DNA of 57,158 nucleotides from Reclinomonas americana ATCC 50394 (Eukaryota): NCBI GenBank assembly GCA_048213135.1, contig PS015159.1, positions 107,652 to 164,809 of the forward strand, read 5' to 3'. Shown piece by piece: positions 1 to 15,000 of this stretch (position 1 is its first letter; each line of letters starts with the position of its first letter). The notes under the pieces were generated by a model. It saw only the letters and a program-made list of their open reading frames with translations, ran no database searches and was not told where the DNA came from. The position numbers and the translations under genes were made by a program.

Positions 1-11
1 TCCCATTCACT

Positions 12-3000
12 GTGGTGTACACCAGCGCTTCAGTCATCACGCTGACGGTGGACGCGTCTGGAACCACCGCCGGCACCTACTTTATCTGCATCCGCCAGCT
101 GTCGACTCTATCGTACTACGATGTGGGCACACTAACCGTCGGTTTGTTATCTGTCACCTCCAGCGTGATAACCAACACCTGGCGCTATATGTTCTCATTT
201 TTATTTGGTTCAGCTCGCACGGATTATGTCACACCGCCGACAGTTCGCGCCGTGTCGGCGGTGGCATTGTTGGTTGGTGGCGCCAGTCTACTGGACAACT
301 CGGATGACTCGACACCCTACATTGTCTCCTCCAACTGCAACGTGGCAACACCAGTGGCGCTCACCTCGCTGAGCGTGATTCAGTGGATCGACAACACCAA
401 AGTAGTGATTGAGGGCGACATGAGTTCACTGGCCAATGGCGTGTACTCGGTGTGCGTGCGATGGTGCTCGCTCTGCTCCTACTCGTTCGTGGCGCGCTTC
501 ACTGTCGGTACGTACTGCACCGTCTTTTCGCCAGTGCTCCCACATTGTCTCACACGCCGAGCAGCCGCCGTCAGTCAGTGCCGCTTTGCCGGCGTCCCTT
601 CATCGACCAGCATTTCTCCCGGCAACATCAGTCTCGGGACGACTACCATGGTGGACCCGGGTGGCATGGCACAAGACAACCTGGGTTCGGTGTACGTGGT
701 CTCGGCGGTGTGTAAGCGATGTCGCGTGATTATCTGTCGTCTTTTCGCTTGGATTCACGGTTGTGATGATGTACGATGCAGTCTGCGCACGTCGTGCTGC
801 GAATCAAGGCAGGAGGTGAGGTGGCAGTGCGTTTTCTGACTCGCTGCTGTTGACATTACCGCTGACCGATACACGCGCGCAGGCGACATGTATGTGTACG
901 CGGGACAAGTCAACACGCCGGGACTGCAAGATGGCGCCCTGTCGCAGTCACTGCTAAGTTCGCCACGTGACATTACCTTTGACGGTGTCAACCGACGGCT
1001 CTACATTACCGACAGCGGCAACTATGTGATTCGCCGTGTCGACATGAACAACGGTTTGCTTTTGCCCCACTCTCTCTGTGTGTGTGTGTGTGTGTGTCCG
1101 TTTCTCTTTCTATCTTACTGATTTGGCATCGCCAGTGACCATTTCCACCGTTGCCGGCTTGGGTGGTGCGTCGGGCTCGGCCGACGGTGCTGCGACGACA
1201 ACTGCACGATTCTCTTCCACTCTTGGTTTGGCCTACGACTCCATCAACAATCGGGTGCTCATCAGTGACAGCTCGCGAATCCGCCTCTTTGACGTGACGG
1301 CCGGCACGGTGGCCACCATTGCCGGCAATAGTCCGTGCATTTTGTGTTGTTGTTGTTGTCGTCGTGCCACCGTGATCTCACTGAACAATAGACTCCTTTA
1401 CGTTCGCGGACGGTACCAGTACTACCTCACGCGTGAACATCCCGACGGGCATCGCCAACATGCACCCGTACTACCAGAACTCTTTTGTGTTCTCCGATCT
1501 GGTATGTGTCTTCATACTTGCGCCGCACGGTGCAATGATGGCTGACTCCGGACCCTCGCCCTACAGGGCAACCGGCGAATTCGCCTGATCAACTACTCAT
1601 CCACACTGACCTACACTCTGGCGGGAACCGGCGCCTCAGGAACTTCCAATGGTAGCGCCAGTTCGGCCACATTCAATCAGGTCTCCGGCATCGTCGCGAG
1701 CCCGGCGTTTGATGCGTTTGTTGTGGACTCGATTGGTCAATTGCGCCAGCTGACACCAGGAGGTTTGTCGCGAACCACACACTTTTGTTGTGGAGTGCGG
1801 AGCCTTGAAATTGTTAACGAGGCGGGTGCGCACAGGCGTGGTGATGACGGTTCCCACATCGCTGACGACGGCCTCTGACATTGAGCTGCGGCCCGACTCT
1901 TCGTCGTACCTGATTTCCGATTTTGCCAACACGACTGTGGAGTACGTGACGTACGGACGTTGCGTCTCACCACAACATTGCTGTTTCTCAGCATGAGGAT
2001 AGAAGGTTCTCACTTTTGATATGTGCGCAGCTGGCATCATGTACTTCTCGCCGCCGACAATCCCGGCGCTGGGCGGACAAGTTGTCACACTGTTTGGGTG
2101 TCAGCTGGCCAACGTGTCTGGCGACCCTGCTGCCTTCATCCTCTCGACAACCGTGTGCCACCCTGCCCTGCCCACCACAGTTGCTTCGGTGACCATCAGT
2201 AGTGCAGCGCCGTCGGGCGGCACCATGGTAATCACGATCAACGCATCCGGCACCGCCGGCGGCAAGTACCACTTGTGTGTGCGCTGGAATAGTCAGACGC
2301 CATATGTCGAGGTCGGTGCATTCGGCATTTTTGTGGCATCCACCTACCCGCCGTGGATGGCGCGCATCGGCCAGCAACGCTGTTGCGTCTTGCACCACAC
2401 GCTGTTCTCTTTGTATCGCTTGCTTTCCCTCACGCCATGCCACACACACACAGTGCTGGTCACTGGCTCGGGTATGTTGCACGTGGCGTCGCCGGATTCG
2501 CAGGCGGCCCTGATCGCCGCCACGTCTTGCACTGCGCCGTCCTCTTCGGCGCCGAACATGGCGGTACCTGGACTGTACTTTGCCAGTTGGTACAATGAGA
2601 ATAATGGCGACGTGCGCTTGCTCATGGACTTTTCCACGGTTGCCGTGGGCACCTACCCGGTTCGCCAAAGTATTGGGGGGCCGAGCGAACAATAAGATAA
2701 CTGTGCTCATCGTGTTTGTACTCGCAGCTGTGCATTCGCTGGAGTTCCATTGCGTACTATGTGCAGGTACTGACGCTGCAAGTGGGCTCCGAGGACACCT
2801 ATGTTGCGTGGCATTTCTTCTATCCAACACGCTTATCGTTTGCCTCACCACTTCCACTCTCCCAGGTGTGTACGTATGCTGGGTTTGGTGTGGCGGGCTC
2901 CAGTGGCGGCCGCTACAACACCTTCCAGATGCGCGATCCAGCTGGTGTGGTGCAAGACAGTACCGGCATCACCTACGTCACCGAGATGACCAACAACTGG

Positions 3001-6000
3001 ATCCGTGGCATTCTGCCGAATGGGTGTGTGTATGTGTGTGCGACACAGCGCTCTGCTCTATGTGCAGTGAGTCTCATTCTCATTGCGCTGTGCTGCGCTG
3101 TTCAGTGACACGTTTGTGTTGGCGGGCTCGGGAAGTTCAGGCTCGGCCAATAATGCGTCACCACTGCTGGCCTCTTTCAGCTCCCCCTCCGATATTGCCG
3201 TCGACTCGTCGGATAATCTCTACGTGGCGGACAGTTGCGTGGGTTGAGGAGCCATCGTTAGTCCAATCCCTGCCATGCGACTCACTGTTGACTTGCTGGC
3301 AGCCGGCAATTCGTTGATCCGCAAAATCGCGGCAGTGACACGCGTAGTCACTACATATTCGGGCGCCTCCGTCGGCTTTGTGGACGGAGCTCTGGCCAGC
3401 GCACGCTACCGGCAGCCACAAGCGTTGTCGTGTTCCGCGAGCGGCACTGTTTATGTGGCCGATACTGGCAACAACGCCATTCGCGCCCTCACTTCCACGA
3501 CAGTGAGCACGCTCTCTGGCGTGTCCACCGGTCTGGCGGGCTACGCCGACGGTTCGGGCTCGGTGGCGCAATTCAACGCCCCGTCCGGCATCTCGGCCGA
3601 TCCATTGTCCTCGTTTGTGATTGTTGCCGACCGCGGTAACAACCGCATCCGCCGTGTGAGCACGGTGGACGGTACGACCACCACGGTGGTTGGGCCGGGT
3701 GTGACGTCGTCTGTGGACGGACCGACGGCCACTGCGACTGCGGTGTTGCCGCGTCGCGTGTTTGTGGAGGACACACTCGGCTACTACTACGTTTCGCAAG
3801 GCGACTACATTGTCCGCCAGATTGTCACCTACGACGGTGACTCGGTCAACCGCTACGCCGGTCGCGGCCTCCTCGGTAGCCTCGACGGCATTGGTCTCAC
3901 GTCGGCCCGCTTCAAGGATCCCTATGGCGTGGCCAAGATTCCTTCGCGCTCTGTTCTCATCGCCGACGACAATCGTANNNNNNNNNNNNNNNNNNNNNNN
4001 NNNNNNNNNNNNNNNNNNNNNNNCCGACACGCCCTACATGAGCATGGGCACGTTTGAGGCCTCCATCATCTCCGTGTGCACCTTTGCCGGCAGTGGCGCC
4101 CTTGGCTACGTCGACGGTTTCTACACCACTGCGCGCATGCAGCTGCCGGCGGCTGCCGTCGCCAACCCGTCAACCGGTGACATTTACTTTGCCGACAAGG
4201 TGAGTCGCTCTTCAAGTGTGTGTGTGTGTGTGTGTGCTTTTTGAAGTTCTGTGACGTAAGTGACCCTACGTCAGGACGCTGCCGTTATTCGGCGAGTGAC
4301 CACGGCCGGCGATGTGTGGACGGTGGCTGGCACGGGCGTCGGTGGCTACTTGGATGCAACTGCGCGCAGTGCACAATTTGCACAGCCATTCGGTCTGGCG
4401 CTGGACACCGCCGCCAACAAACTGTACATTAGCGAGCAGCAGAATGTGCGCATTCGCGTTCTCAACCTCAACACCTTGCTGGTCTCCACGCTGGCTGGTT
4501 CCACTTCTGGCTACGCCAATGGCACTGGCGCTGCAGCGAAGTTCTCCTCGCCCGGCCTGCTTGCCCTCAACTCGGCCGCCACTGTTGCGTTGCACTGTTG
4601 TGCGATTGCGACAGTATCACGTCTGGTCATTGATTGTGTGCGCTGTGCATAGGTTCTGTATGTGCCCGATGCCGGTACGACGCACGTTATCCGTTCGGTG
4701 AATACGAGCACTGGCGCTGTGACCCTGCTGGCCGGCACGCCCGGCACCACTGGTCGTACAAACGGCACGCTGTTGGCCTCCACATTCAACACGCCAGTGG
4801 CGGTGTTTGGTGTGTTGCGGGCGAAGTTGGGAGAAGTGTGAGAGGGGGCGGTCGCTTACTTAATTGCACTGTGCGCAGTGTCGAGCGCCCAATTCTTGCT
4901 GGTCGCCGACTCGAACAACAACCTCATTCGCCAGCTGGATCTCACCGGCAATGCAGTCACCGACTGGAGCGGTTCTGGAACCTCAGGTGATGTAGATCAC
5001 TCGCGTGCACACCACGTCACTGTTGTGCTCATGATGCACGCACACATGCTGCAGGCTTTGTTAATGGTGCCGCTGCGGTGGCGCAGTATCGCCAGCCTCA
5101 CGGAATATTGTTTGTGAATGCACTGATTGGCACTCTGGTCGCCGAGTTGCGTCGGGTGGTCCACGCACCGTTGCCATTACATCTCTCGCCCTCTTACCAT
5201 GTATGCATACGTGCAGCGTGTCGAACTCGCGCATTCGACAGATTGATTCGTCGGGTGCTGTTGGTGTCTATGCCGGTAGCGGTACGCAGTCGTTCCAGGA
5301 TGGTTCTGGTGCGTGCCGCGTTGTCAGCGGAAGTTTTTTTCGCCTCAGTCTCACCCGCTACTTTCCTTCGTACAGGTGCTTACGCGGCCTTCAACCAGCC
5401 GCAGTCGAGTGCCATTCATCGCTCCATCGCGAGTCCGTGGGTGGTGGTGTCGGATTCGTTCAACTCGCGTCTCCGTATCGTCGGCTCTGGCAGTGCGTTC
5501 ACCTGTTTTTTGTGTGTGTTTGTTCCAGCAGCTCATTGTCGCCTCTCGTTCCACACACAGTCTACGCCTACTTTGTGGCACCGGTTGCTCTTCGCCCCTC
5601 CGCCTCTGCGCAGCAAGTCAATGTGTACGGTTGTTCGCTTCAGCCGCCAGGTGCTGACGCTGCCGCGTACGTGCTTGCCACGTCGTCGACGTGCTCCAAC
5701 GCCTCCACCCCAGTCGTCACCTTCACGCCGACCTTTGTCGACTCCACCAACGTGCAACTGAGTGCCACCACCGCAGCCGTGGCCGCTGGTTCCTACTACG
5801 TCTGCTTCCGCCGCAACGCATCATCAGCGTATGCTCTAGCCGGTCCGCTCTTTTTCCTGCAGTTTTCATCCATTACGCCATCGACAGTGATTGCCGGAGC
5901 CGTTGGACAAGTGGTCGTCTCCGGTACTGGCCTCATTGACAACACGGCCGACTCGGCAGGATTTATTCTGGCCACGTCGGCCGGCTGCGCGTCACCTAAT

Positions 6001-9000
6001 GCCTTTTCGCCCACGATTGCCAGTGGAGCGTCGACGGCCATTGTTGCCGCATTCGGCAGCTCCACCACCATCAACATCAACGTGGACGCCTCCGCCATCG
6101 CCGGCGGTTCCTATCGTCTGTGTGCGCGATACGCGTCGTCGGCGGCTTATTTTTTGGTCGGCACCGTCAACGTGTACCAGACAATTTCGCTCAGCCCGCC
6201 TGCCGTCCCCTTTGCGTCGTTGCCACAGTCGACCACGCTGAACGGCGCGGGCCTGCTGGATCTGGTGTCTGGCGACGCGCAGGCCCTCGTTCTCTGCAGC
6301 TCGTCGGCGTGTAGCGCACCGCGTACCGCGGTGTCGACGTCGTCGGTGACCTCGACGACCTTGTCCATCAGTGTTCCAAACACGGCGCCGGCAAGTGGCA
6401 CCTACACGCTCTGCATTCGCCCTTCGTCATCATCGGCGTACGTGGCCACTCTGCAACTGGGTCTTGTCTCGTTGCTCACCGTCGATCCGCCTGCGATTCC
6501 GCTGCTGGCCGGGCGCAGTGTGACGCTCACGGGCAGCGGTTTTGCCGCCTCTCTCGATGCCGCTGCTGTTGTGGTGGCCACCACCTGCTCCCCCCTGGCC
6601 ACAGTCTCCAGCACCACCGTGACGCTGGTTCAAGCGGGTAACACGCTGAACTTGACGGTGGGCGCAAGCGGAGCGACGGCCGGCAACTATTTGCTGTGCG
6701 TGCGCCAATCGGCCACCACATCCTATTCGACGTCGCTCTCCTTTAGGTGCGCGTGCCTATTTTTTGTTTGTCGCCAAGAATATCCAACCTCATTTTCCCG
6801 TTTGTCACAGCTTGGCACGATACACTGTGGCCACACCACCGGCCATCCCCGCCGCAGTCAACCGCACCGTTGTGCTCACCGGTGGCGGCAACATTACGGG
6901 GACGACCTTTGTGGTCTCGTCGCTGATTTGCGACGGTGGAACGGCGGCGCCGGTGGCGTCGACGACCGTGAACAGCGCGACGTTCAACAGTTCCACGCAG
7001 TACACGTTGTCGATTTCAGCCGCCGGTGCCGCCGCCGGTTCATACTCTTTGTGTGCCCAATACAGTGCCACCAGCGTGTGGACCACGGCCATTGCCTTCA
7101 GCGTGGCCACGGCCACAGCTGTGTCCACGCCGGCGGTGTCGGCCGGTGCAACTCAGACAGTGGTGGTCACCGGCGCCGGATTTGTGGACGTCTCGTCAGA
7201 TGGCTCCGCTGTGATCCTCGCCACCACCAACGGTTGTGGTACCGCGGTCACTGGCGTCACCATTAGCACGGCCTTTGTCAGCACCCTGTCGCTCAGTCTC
7301 ACTGTCACCGCCACGAGTGGTGCCTCCGGCAACAACACCACGTATACGCTGTGTATTCGTCACAGCTCTGGAACAAGCTACACGTCCTTGTTTGCACTGG
7401 CATTGAGTTGCGTTGGCGAGGCCGCCGCACAGGCAATAGGTAAGTACTGCGTGTTGTTGTTGACGTGTTGTTTTCTTCGCAGTTCGCATCACGGCCATCT
7501 CGCCGCCCGCCATCCTCATCAACACGGGTACGCGCACGGTCTCCTTCACCGGGGCCGGCTTGCTGGCCACGACATCGAATGCCGCGCTGCTGACAACGAA
7601 TTGTTCGCTGGTCACCACGTATGCGACGGTGACGTGGACTTCAGGAACATCGACAACGGCGTCGGCCACCGTGGACTCGGCAGCCGCCATTCCGGCCTCC
7701 AATCTGCGTGTGTGTGTGCGATTCGCAGCAACAGCGCCCCGCATCGACCTCGGAGCGTTTGCCATTGTGCAGCCGTCGGCGCCGGCCGTGCCGGCGTACA
7801 TTGCATTTGGTGCCGGTAGCACGTCGGTCAGCATTCCAGGCACCGGCTGGGTGATGCCCAACGCCACACGCCTCGCCACCACCTCGGCATGCACTGTCGC
7901 CGCCGCAAGCTCGACCCTCACTGCCACCAGTGCCTCACTCACCGCACTGGCGGTGACAGTAGCCGCCTCGGCGACGCCGGCGGCCCGCGACACGATTTGT
8001 GTGCGCTTCGATGCCACCGACTCGTACTGGCCAGTCATCAGCTTCCCTGTGTTGCGCATGAGCCTGGTCAGTACCGGTCTCATCACCAGTGGAGCAGTGC
8101 TGTTCCGTGGCTACTCGTACGATGTGACATACCAGTGTATCTCACCGGGACCGGATCCGACGGGCGTGCGCGTTGTGCTGCTGAGTGGCACGGTGGTGAA
8201 CGGCAGCGTGTCGAGCTCATGCGACTGGCTGAGCGTGGGACTGTACACGTTTGTGCCGACGACGGCCATGGTCTCGGCCGTGCCCACAAGTCTCAGCTTA
8301 ACGCTGCCCACGCCGCTGACTGCAATCCTGGCGAACTCTCCGTCGTTCACCGTGGCTCTGTCTACCTTCTCGAGTCTGACAGTGACGCCAGTCGGCACAG
8401 CGGCGAATGTGGTGGCCGACAACTTTGTACAAGTGTCCTTTGTGTGCCTCAACCCGCAAGTGCAGTTTGCCAATGTGCGCCTGCTCGGTCCGTCCATCAG
8501 CCCGTACTCGCAAGTGCTGACCAACACGGCGGTGTCGTGCGGTCCGGCTGCCACCACCGTCAACCTCACCTTCCAGATTGACAAGGCGTTGGTCGGCACC
8601 GGCTACTCTGTCGAAGTGATCGACAACCCAGCCGGCACCACTGACGACACCAGTTCGCTGTTCACCATTCAGGCACGTGTTCTCACCATTGCCGCCATCA
8701 TTTCGAATGTGGCACTGCGTGAGGGAACGGTGGCGACCGGTGGCCTGGTGTACCGCACCGCGCTTCGGCAGTACACGCTGCAGATCCAGTGCAACTCGTT
8801 GCGCACCACCAGCGTCAAGCTCGAGGTCGTCAGCGGATCCACGGTGCTGTTCACCATCACTGCTGCGCAAGCAGTGACCTGCGACTCGGCCGTCTCCACG
8901 GTCAACTACGTGTGGGCATCGAGCACGGCACCAACGACGGCCTCGAATGTGCGCGTTCGAGTCACGGACAACGCGGACGCCACTCTTGTTGGTCAGAGCT

Positions 9001-12000
9001 CGCTGTTCAACCTGGTCGACCCGTCCATCCAGTTTGTGATCAGCCCGCCCACTACGCTGTTCCCGGGCTACACTTTCAGTCCGCTGCTCTCCTACTCGTG
9101 CAATTTGCCGGCGGGTGACACGTTCGACATTACCGTCTCCGACACTACGCCGACCACGCTCCTCTCCATCAGCCAGATGCCTTCTTGCGATGGCCTCGCG
9201 GCCAACACGGTGGTCATGCCGGTGTCGCCCACGGCTCCACTTGGATCGGCGTACACACTGTTGATCAACGATGCCACGTTCCCGTGGTCGCTGTCGCGCA
9301 ATCCAGTGACCGTGGCCGGTAAGCACATCCACTTTCTCACGTGCTGTTGTTGTTGTTGTTGTGCAATCGCGGTACTGACTGTCGTCGTGGTGGCGATGTG
9401 CAGAGACGTTTGGAACACCGTACATTGCGACCACTGGAGCGCCGACCACTCCTGTGGTCGGAACTCTGTACGCGGGAACCTACTACGTCATCCGTGTGCC
9501 GTGCGGTGGCAATCCCCTCGTGTCCACTGTTGTGGTTGCGTGAATTCTCTCGAGGTTTCTATGATCACGCGGCACTCTTCCTCCTCACTGATGTGTGTGT
9601 GTGTGTGTGGCCGCACAGGTACGCGCTGTATGGTCGACAGCTCCAACCGCCGAGTCCATTCAGGTCTGCTGCTCATCGCTCGCGCATCCACTGTCCCGTT
9701 TCTGCTCACTGTGGGGCCAAAAAACCAACTATCTTGTGTGATGCATGCAGACCACCACCGGCCCTTGTGTGGCCGGGCTCTTGTCAATCAGCTGGTCTCC
9801 GAGTGTGGCACACCCCGTGGGCGACGTCACTGTGTTTGTCGAAGACGGCAGCAATGTGGCTGTCACACAACGTTCTACCTCCACCTACCCCGTCGCTGGT
9901 ACGATACTCTCCAACCAACCCTCCTTTGCCATTCACCGCCACTCACGCCCCTATGTTTTTTCCTCGCAGCGACCGCACTCGGCGTCTCGATTTCGCCTTC
10001 GCAAATTGTCACGGGTGGGTGTGGTGTCACCGCAGTGATTTCTGTGTCGTGCAACAATCCATTCACCACCGCCGTGTCGCTGTCCATGACGGGTGGCAAC
10101 ACGCCGGCACCGTCGCTCTCGATTGTTGCTTCGCTCGCTGTGAACTGTGCCGTCACCACCAATTACACGTGGGCCGTGCCAAGCACACTCTCGGGAACCA
10201 CCCTCGTGCTCCTCGCGCAAGACACTTCGAATCCGGCCTACTCGAACACGGCGCCAGTGATTGCTGAACGTGCGTACCGTATCTTTTTCCCTTTGTGCAG
10301 TTCTTGTGACGGGAATGGCTGAATGCATTTCCCTCCCTTTCCTCACCCGTCGACGACACAGCTGCCTATGTGCAACTGCAGCTGCCGTCGGTGACACCAC
10401 TCACTTCGTACCTGCGCACATCGCAAACCCTAAACGTCACGTGCAACTGTCCGCTAACAACGGCCGTGATTGTCAATGTGCTGCGTTCCGGCACCATCAG
10501 CAGCGTCACGCTGCCGGTGACATGTGGCTACAATGGCGGCGCCGGTCTGCTGAATGTTCTTGCGCAGTACCTCGACCCGGCGGTGTATGCCGTCGGTGGC
10601 GGGTACTCGTTCCAAGTGCAGCTGCAAGGCCTCACCTCTGTGCACGTGCAGTCGAGCGGTCGTTTCTTTGACGGTGAGTGGTGCCTACCCGCTGTCGTGT
10701 GTTTTTCGCTTCTTGCTAAAGGTAGCTCCGAGCTTGCAGACCCCATCTTTACGGCCAGCTCGGCGACGCTGGCCAACAACGCAGTGTTCTTCCAGGACTA
10801 CTCGTACACCTTTAGCTTCTCGTGCAACTATCCACTGACCACGCAAGTCAGCATCGTCCTCAACGGTGGTGCGGCGGGCACTGTCGGTGCCGGCACTGTG
10901 GCCTGCAACGGTATCGTCACCAACAACATCACGTGGTCGGCGGTCAGCTCTTCGCTTCTGGGCTCGTACACTCTCGGCATTCAGGATGCGTCTGGCACAC
11001 CCGTGACGAGCACGTTGACGCGCACTATCACTATTCGCGACACATTCTCTCCCGTGCCGCAAGTGCTGCGCCCGGTCTCGTTGACCGCCATCACCAATGT
11101 CTTCACCGGTTCGACATATGTGGTCAGCGTCAGCTGCAACGGCAATCCACTTGTTGCGGCCGTTTCGTTGTCGTCGAATTGGACGCCGCTCGTGTCCTCG
11201 CCGGAGGCCGTCGGCACCACCTCGGCCGGCTACTTGTGTACGGGCCAACAGCAATTTGCGTGGATTCCCTCTCCTGGGCGAGCGGCCGGCTTCGTCGCCC
11301 TACAAGCGAGCGATCCGTCGAACGTCGGCGCCTCGCGTCTCTCCTCGTCGCTGCCTGTTGTCGGTGAGCTCGTTTGACAGTCAGTCAGTGAGAGTCAAAT
11401 CGCCGCCGGGTTTGCCTGAATTCTTCTGTACGCGCACAGTGTCGTTACTTACGGCATCCATCACGCCGCCGGACCCAACCGGTATCGTGTCGGGCAGTGG
11501 TGTCGTGGTACCCGTGACGATTGTATGCAACAACGAGTTCACCTATAATGTTGCGTCCGCGTCGTGCATCACGTGGAGTTTGAGGTGACTCACCGTCGAT
11601 GAATCAGGTCCGCGTTTCGTTGATCAACGGCGCCACCGAGACCGTGCTCAACGCCGCCTATCCCGTCACCTGCACGTCGCTGGCTGGCACCTCGAACACA
11701 TACTCGTGGACGGTGGCCAACTCGGTTGTCGGCATCAATCTCCTCATTCGTGTGACAGACGTTGCGCAGACGTGGCTCACTGCCGACACTGCCCCGTTCA
11801 CAGTCAATGGTACGCGCGCACCGTTTGTCGCGCGCGTGTGAGTAATAAGCACTCACTACTGTCCCTGTGCCGCCACTGCAGCGCGAGCGGTGACAGCGGT
11901 GGTTGTCAACTATTGGTTGCCGTCGCGGATTTACTTTGCGCGCTCTCAGTCGTTGAGTTTCCGCTGCAACGACTTCCAAACAACACGTGCGGGTTTGCAG

Positions 12001-15000
12001 TTGCAGCGTGGCGCCACGCTGATTGGACCACCGCAAATGGTGACGCCTGTGACGTGCGGCAGCAATAATGGAGTTGGCCTCGCCAACTCTGCATCGTTCA
12101 CGTGGACTGGTGTAACCGCTGCCTCGGCCCCAGTCGGCTCCGGTTATAGTATGCTGGTGTACGATTGGGATGCACCGTCAGTGAGCGGCTCGTCCATTTT
12201 GTTTGATGTCGTCGGTGAGCACTCCCTGTGTGCGGTCGTGACGATGATCGCTCTCTCTCTCACACACACACATGCATTCCGTATGCAGCCGCCGAGTTCG
12301 TGTTGAATCCGGCCATCACGCTGCTGTTTCCGAACTACACCTATCGCATTCAGTGGTCCTGCTCGTATCCTCCGACCACAGCGGCGACGCTGGATGTGGT
12401 TGCCAGTGACGGGACGACTGTTCTCGCTGCCATTGCGACCTCGGTGCCGGTGACGTGTGACGCGTCGACGCTGATGAGTGTCAAGTGGGTGGCTCCGTCG
12501 TCGTTGTTGCTTGGGGCCGGCAATGTGCGAATACGCGATGCTCTGCTGGCTGCCGCGGTGGGCACCGACACTCTGCTGTCCGTGATCACGATTCGCAACA
12601 CGTTTGCCAATGTGGCAGTCACGCCGCCGAATGCTGTGGCCGGTCGACCAGTCACCGTCACGTGGTACTGCCAGGGTAACACGCAAGTGCAGGTTTGTCT
12701 TGTGTGAGTGGCTGTCTCGCTCAACAATGTGTGCACTGACCGCCGCATGTGTGTGTACCCAGACTGCGCAAGTGACAGCCATTCAGGACACACCGCAAGT
12801 GGGGGCGTTGCAAGCGGGTCTCGTGTCGCCGGCCACGTGCATCTTTGGTCAGCAGTACTCGTTGACATGGACCGTCACGCTCAACGTGCCGCAGGACACC
12901 ACCACGGTGGTCACGGTGCATGATTACGACGTGCCGCTGGCCAGTGCGTCGGCCACGGTGCCCACACTGGCCACGTACATCCGAGATGTGCGAACGCCGA
13001 ACAAGGCTACCGTGGTTGCCGGCAACACCGTGTCTGTGTCGTTCCTTTGCAACGATCCGTTCACCACCGCCGTGCAATTGCGCGTGAGTGGCGGCAACGC
13101 CAGTGCGCCGTACGAAGTCGCCGTGGCTTCGTCACCGGCGACATGTGATGGTGTGACACCTGGCTCGTTGACGTGGGCCGTGCGCTCCACGTTGCTGGGC
13201 GCTGTCACACTGCAAGTCATTGACCTTGCGACTGGCGTCAGCGGCACGTCGGCCCCCCTCTCTGTCACCGGTTTGTGCCCCTCTGTGGCCTCCTCCCTCG
13301 ACGTCGGCTCACTCTTCATTTTTTGCACGTGCAGCTCCCACTATCAGTCGACTTGTGGTGCAACTGCCGTACTCGTCGACCTTGGTGGTTGGCGCTGGCG
13401 CCAACGGCTCGTTCGTCTGTGACTCGGCGTCGACTACGCTAAACGGAGTGCGCCTCTCGTTGCTTCCGTCGGGCGTGAGTTTGCTGTTTGTGTCGGCACC
13501 AGTGTGCGACGGTGTGACAGCAAATGCGTTCTCGTTTGGCCCGATGTCGACCATGGTTGGCGCGGCACTGCAAGTGCGCGCCACCGATGCCACGCAAGTG
13601 TCTGTGCTGGCCACTAGCAACGCCTTCTCCATTGCTGGTGCGTCTACTTGCATCTCTTCGATCGACGACGTCCCTCTTCTCCTCTTTTTCTTGCTCACCT
13701 TCACCTTTGGTGTGTGCGCAGTGCCGACGTTCAACTTTTCGCCAGCACCTCCCAGCCGCGTCTATATTGGCTACACAGTCACACTGTCGTACACGTGCAA
13801 CTACCGATTGACCACTGCCGCGAAGATTTCCCTGCGGTCCTCGACCGGTGTGGTGACGGTTCTTGCTGCCGCCGATCCATGCTTGTGCGACGGTGTGTCG
13901 GTGAATCGCTTTGCGTGGACCGTGGCCAGCAGCATCACGGCGTCGTCCGCATATGTTCTGCGGATGGAGGACGCGACGAGTGGCGGCGGTGTATCGCAGG
14001 CGATAGAATTGAGCGGCCGCGAAGTCTCCACTGCTTTTACCAGTCTGCTGTTGACGTCAAACCCGGCCGTGACGAGTGTCGCGCAGGGTGATACCAACAC
14101 CGCGTCGTGGGTGTGTCGCCAGAGTGTGTCTTCTGTGCAGCTGGTGGTGATGCAGAGTGTGGCGGAGGTGGTGGTGGCCATAACCGCCGGCTGCGCCGCC
14201 GGTGGTGACGCAGTCGTCTTTGTGAATTGGGTTGCACCGTACACGCTATCGGCCGGCACTGTGCAGCTCGTGGTGCGCGACCCACTGACGCCAGCGGCCG
14301 CACTTTCTGCGCCGTTTACACTGGTGGCGGCCTCGCTGCGTAACGTGGCTGCGGTGGCCTCGGCGGATTCGCTTGCGGATGTGGTCGCCGGCTCCTCCAT
14401 CTTGGTGTCATTTGACTGCACCGCGCCGGTGCTTTCCAGTGTCCGTATTGAGCTCCTCGATCAATCGCTGGCCGTGGTGGAAACGCTGTCGGCGTCGTAC
14501 TCGTTTGGCGCGCCGTGTACGTTGTTGCGCACCGTGTTTGCCATGGTCAGTCCGACCGTGTCGGCAGCGGGTGCCGGTCCGTCACCTGCTCTGCGCTTTG
14601 TGCGAGTTACTGGCACTGGTACTGCGTCGTGGTTGAGTGCCACTTCGCCCGCTTTGGTGTTCTTCCGTTGCGTGTGTCCCGCCGCTCATGTCTCCCCTCA
14701 CGATTCCTCTCTCTCTCACTCTTATCCTTGCCCGCAGCTCCTACGCTCACCAGTGTGTCCGTTGTTTCATCGCTTGGCGCCTCGTCCACCGTGCACTTGG
14801 TCGGCGTTCCGTCAACGATCCGCTTCCGATGCAACTCGGCGAGCACCACTGCCGTGGATGTGTCGCTGCAACCGAGTGGGACCGTGCTGGCAGCGGCGCA
14901 GAGTGTCACCTGCTCTTCACTGGAGGGTACTGGCGCCTTGCAGCAGCTGTCGTGGACACCACTTGCGGCAGCCATTGGCAACACGTCGGTCACGGTGACG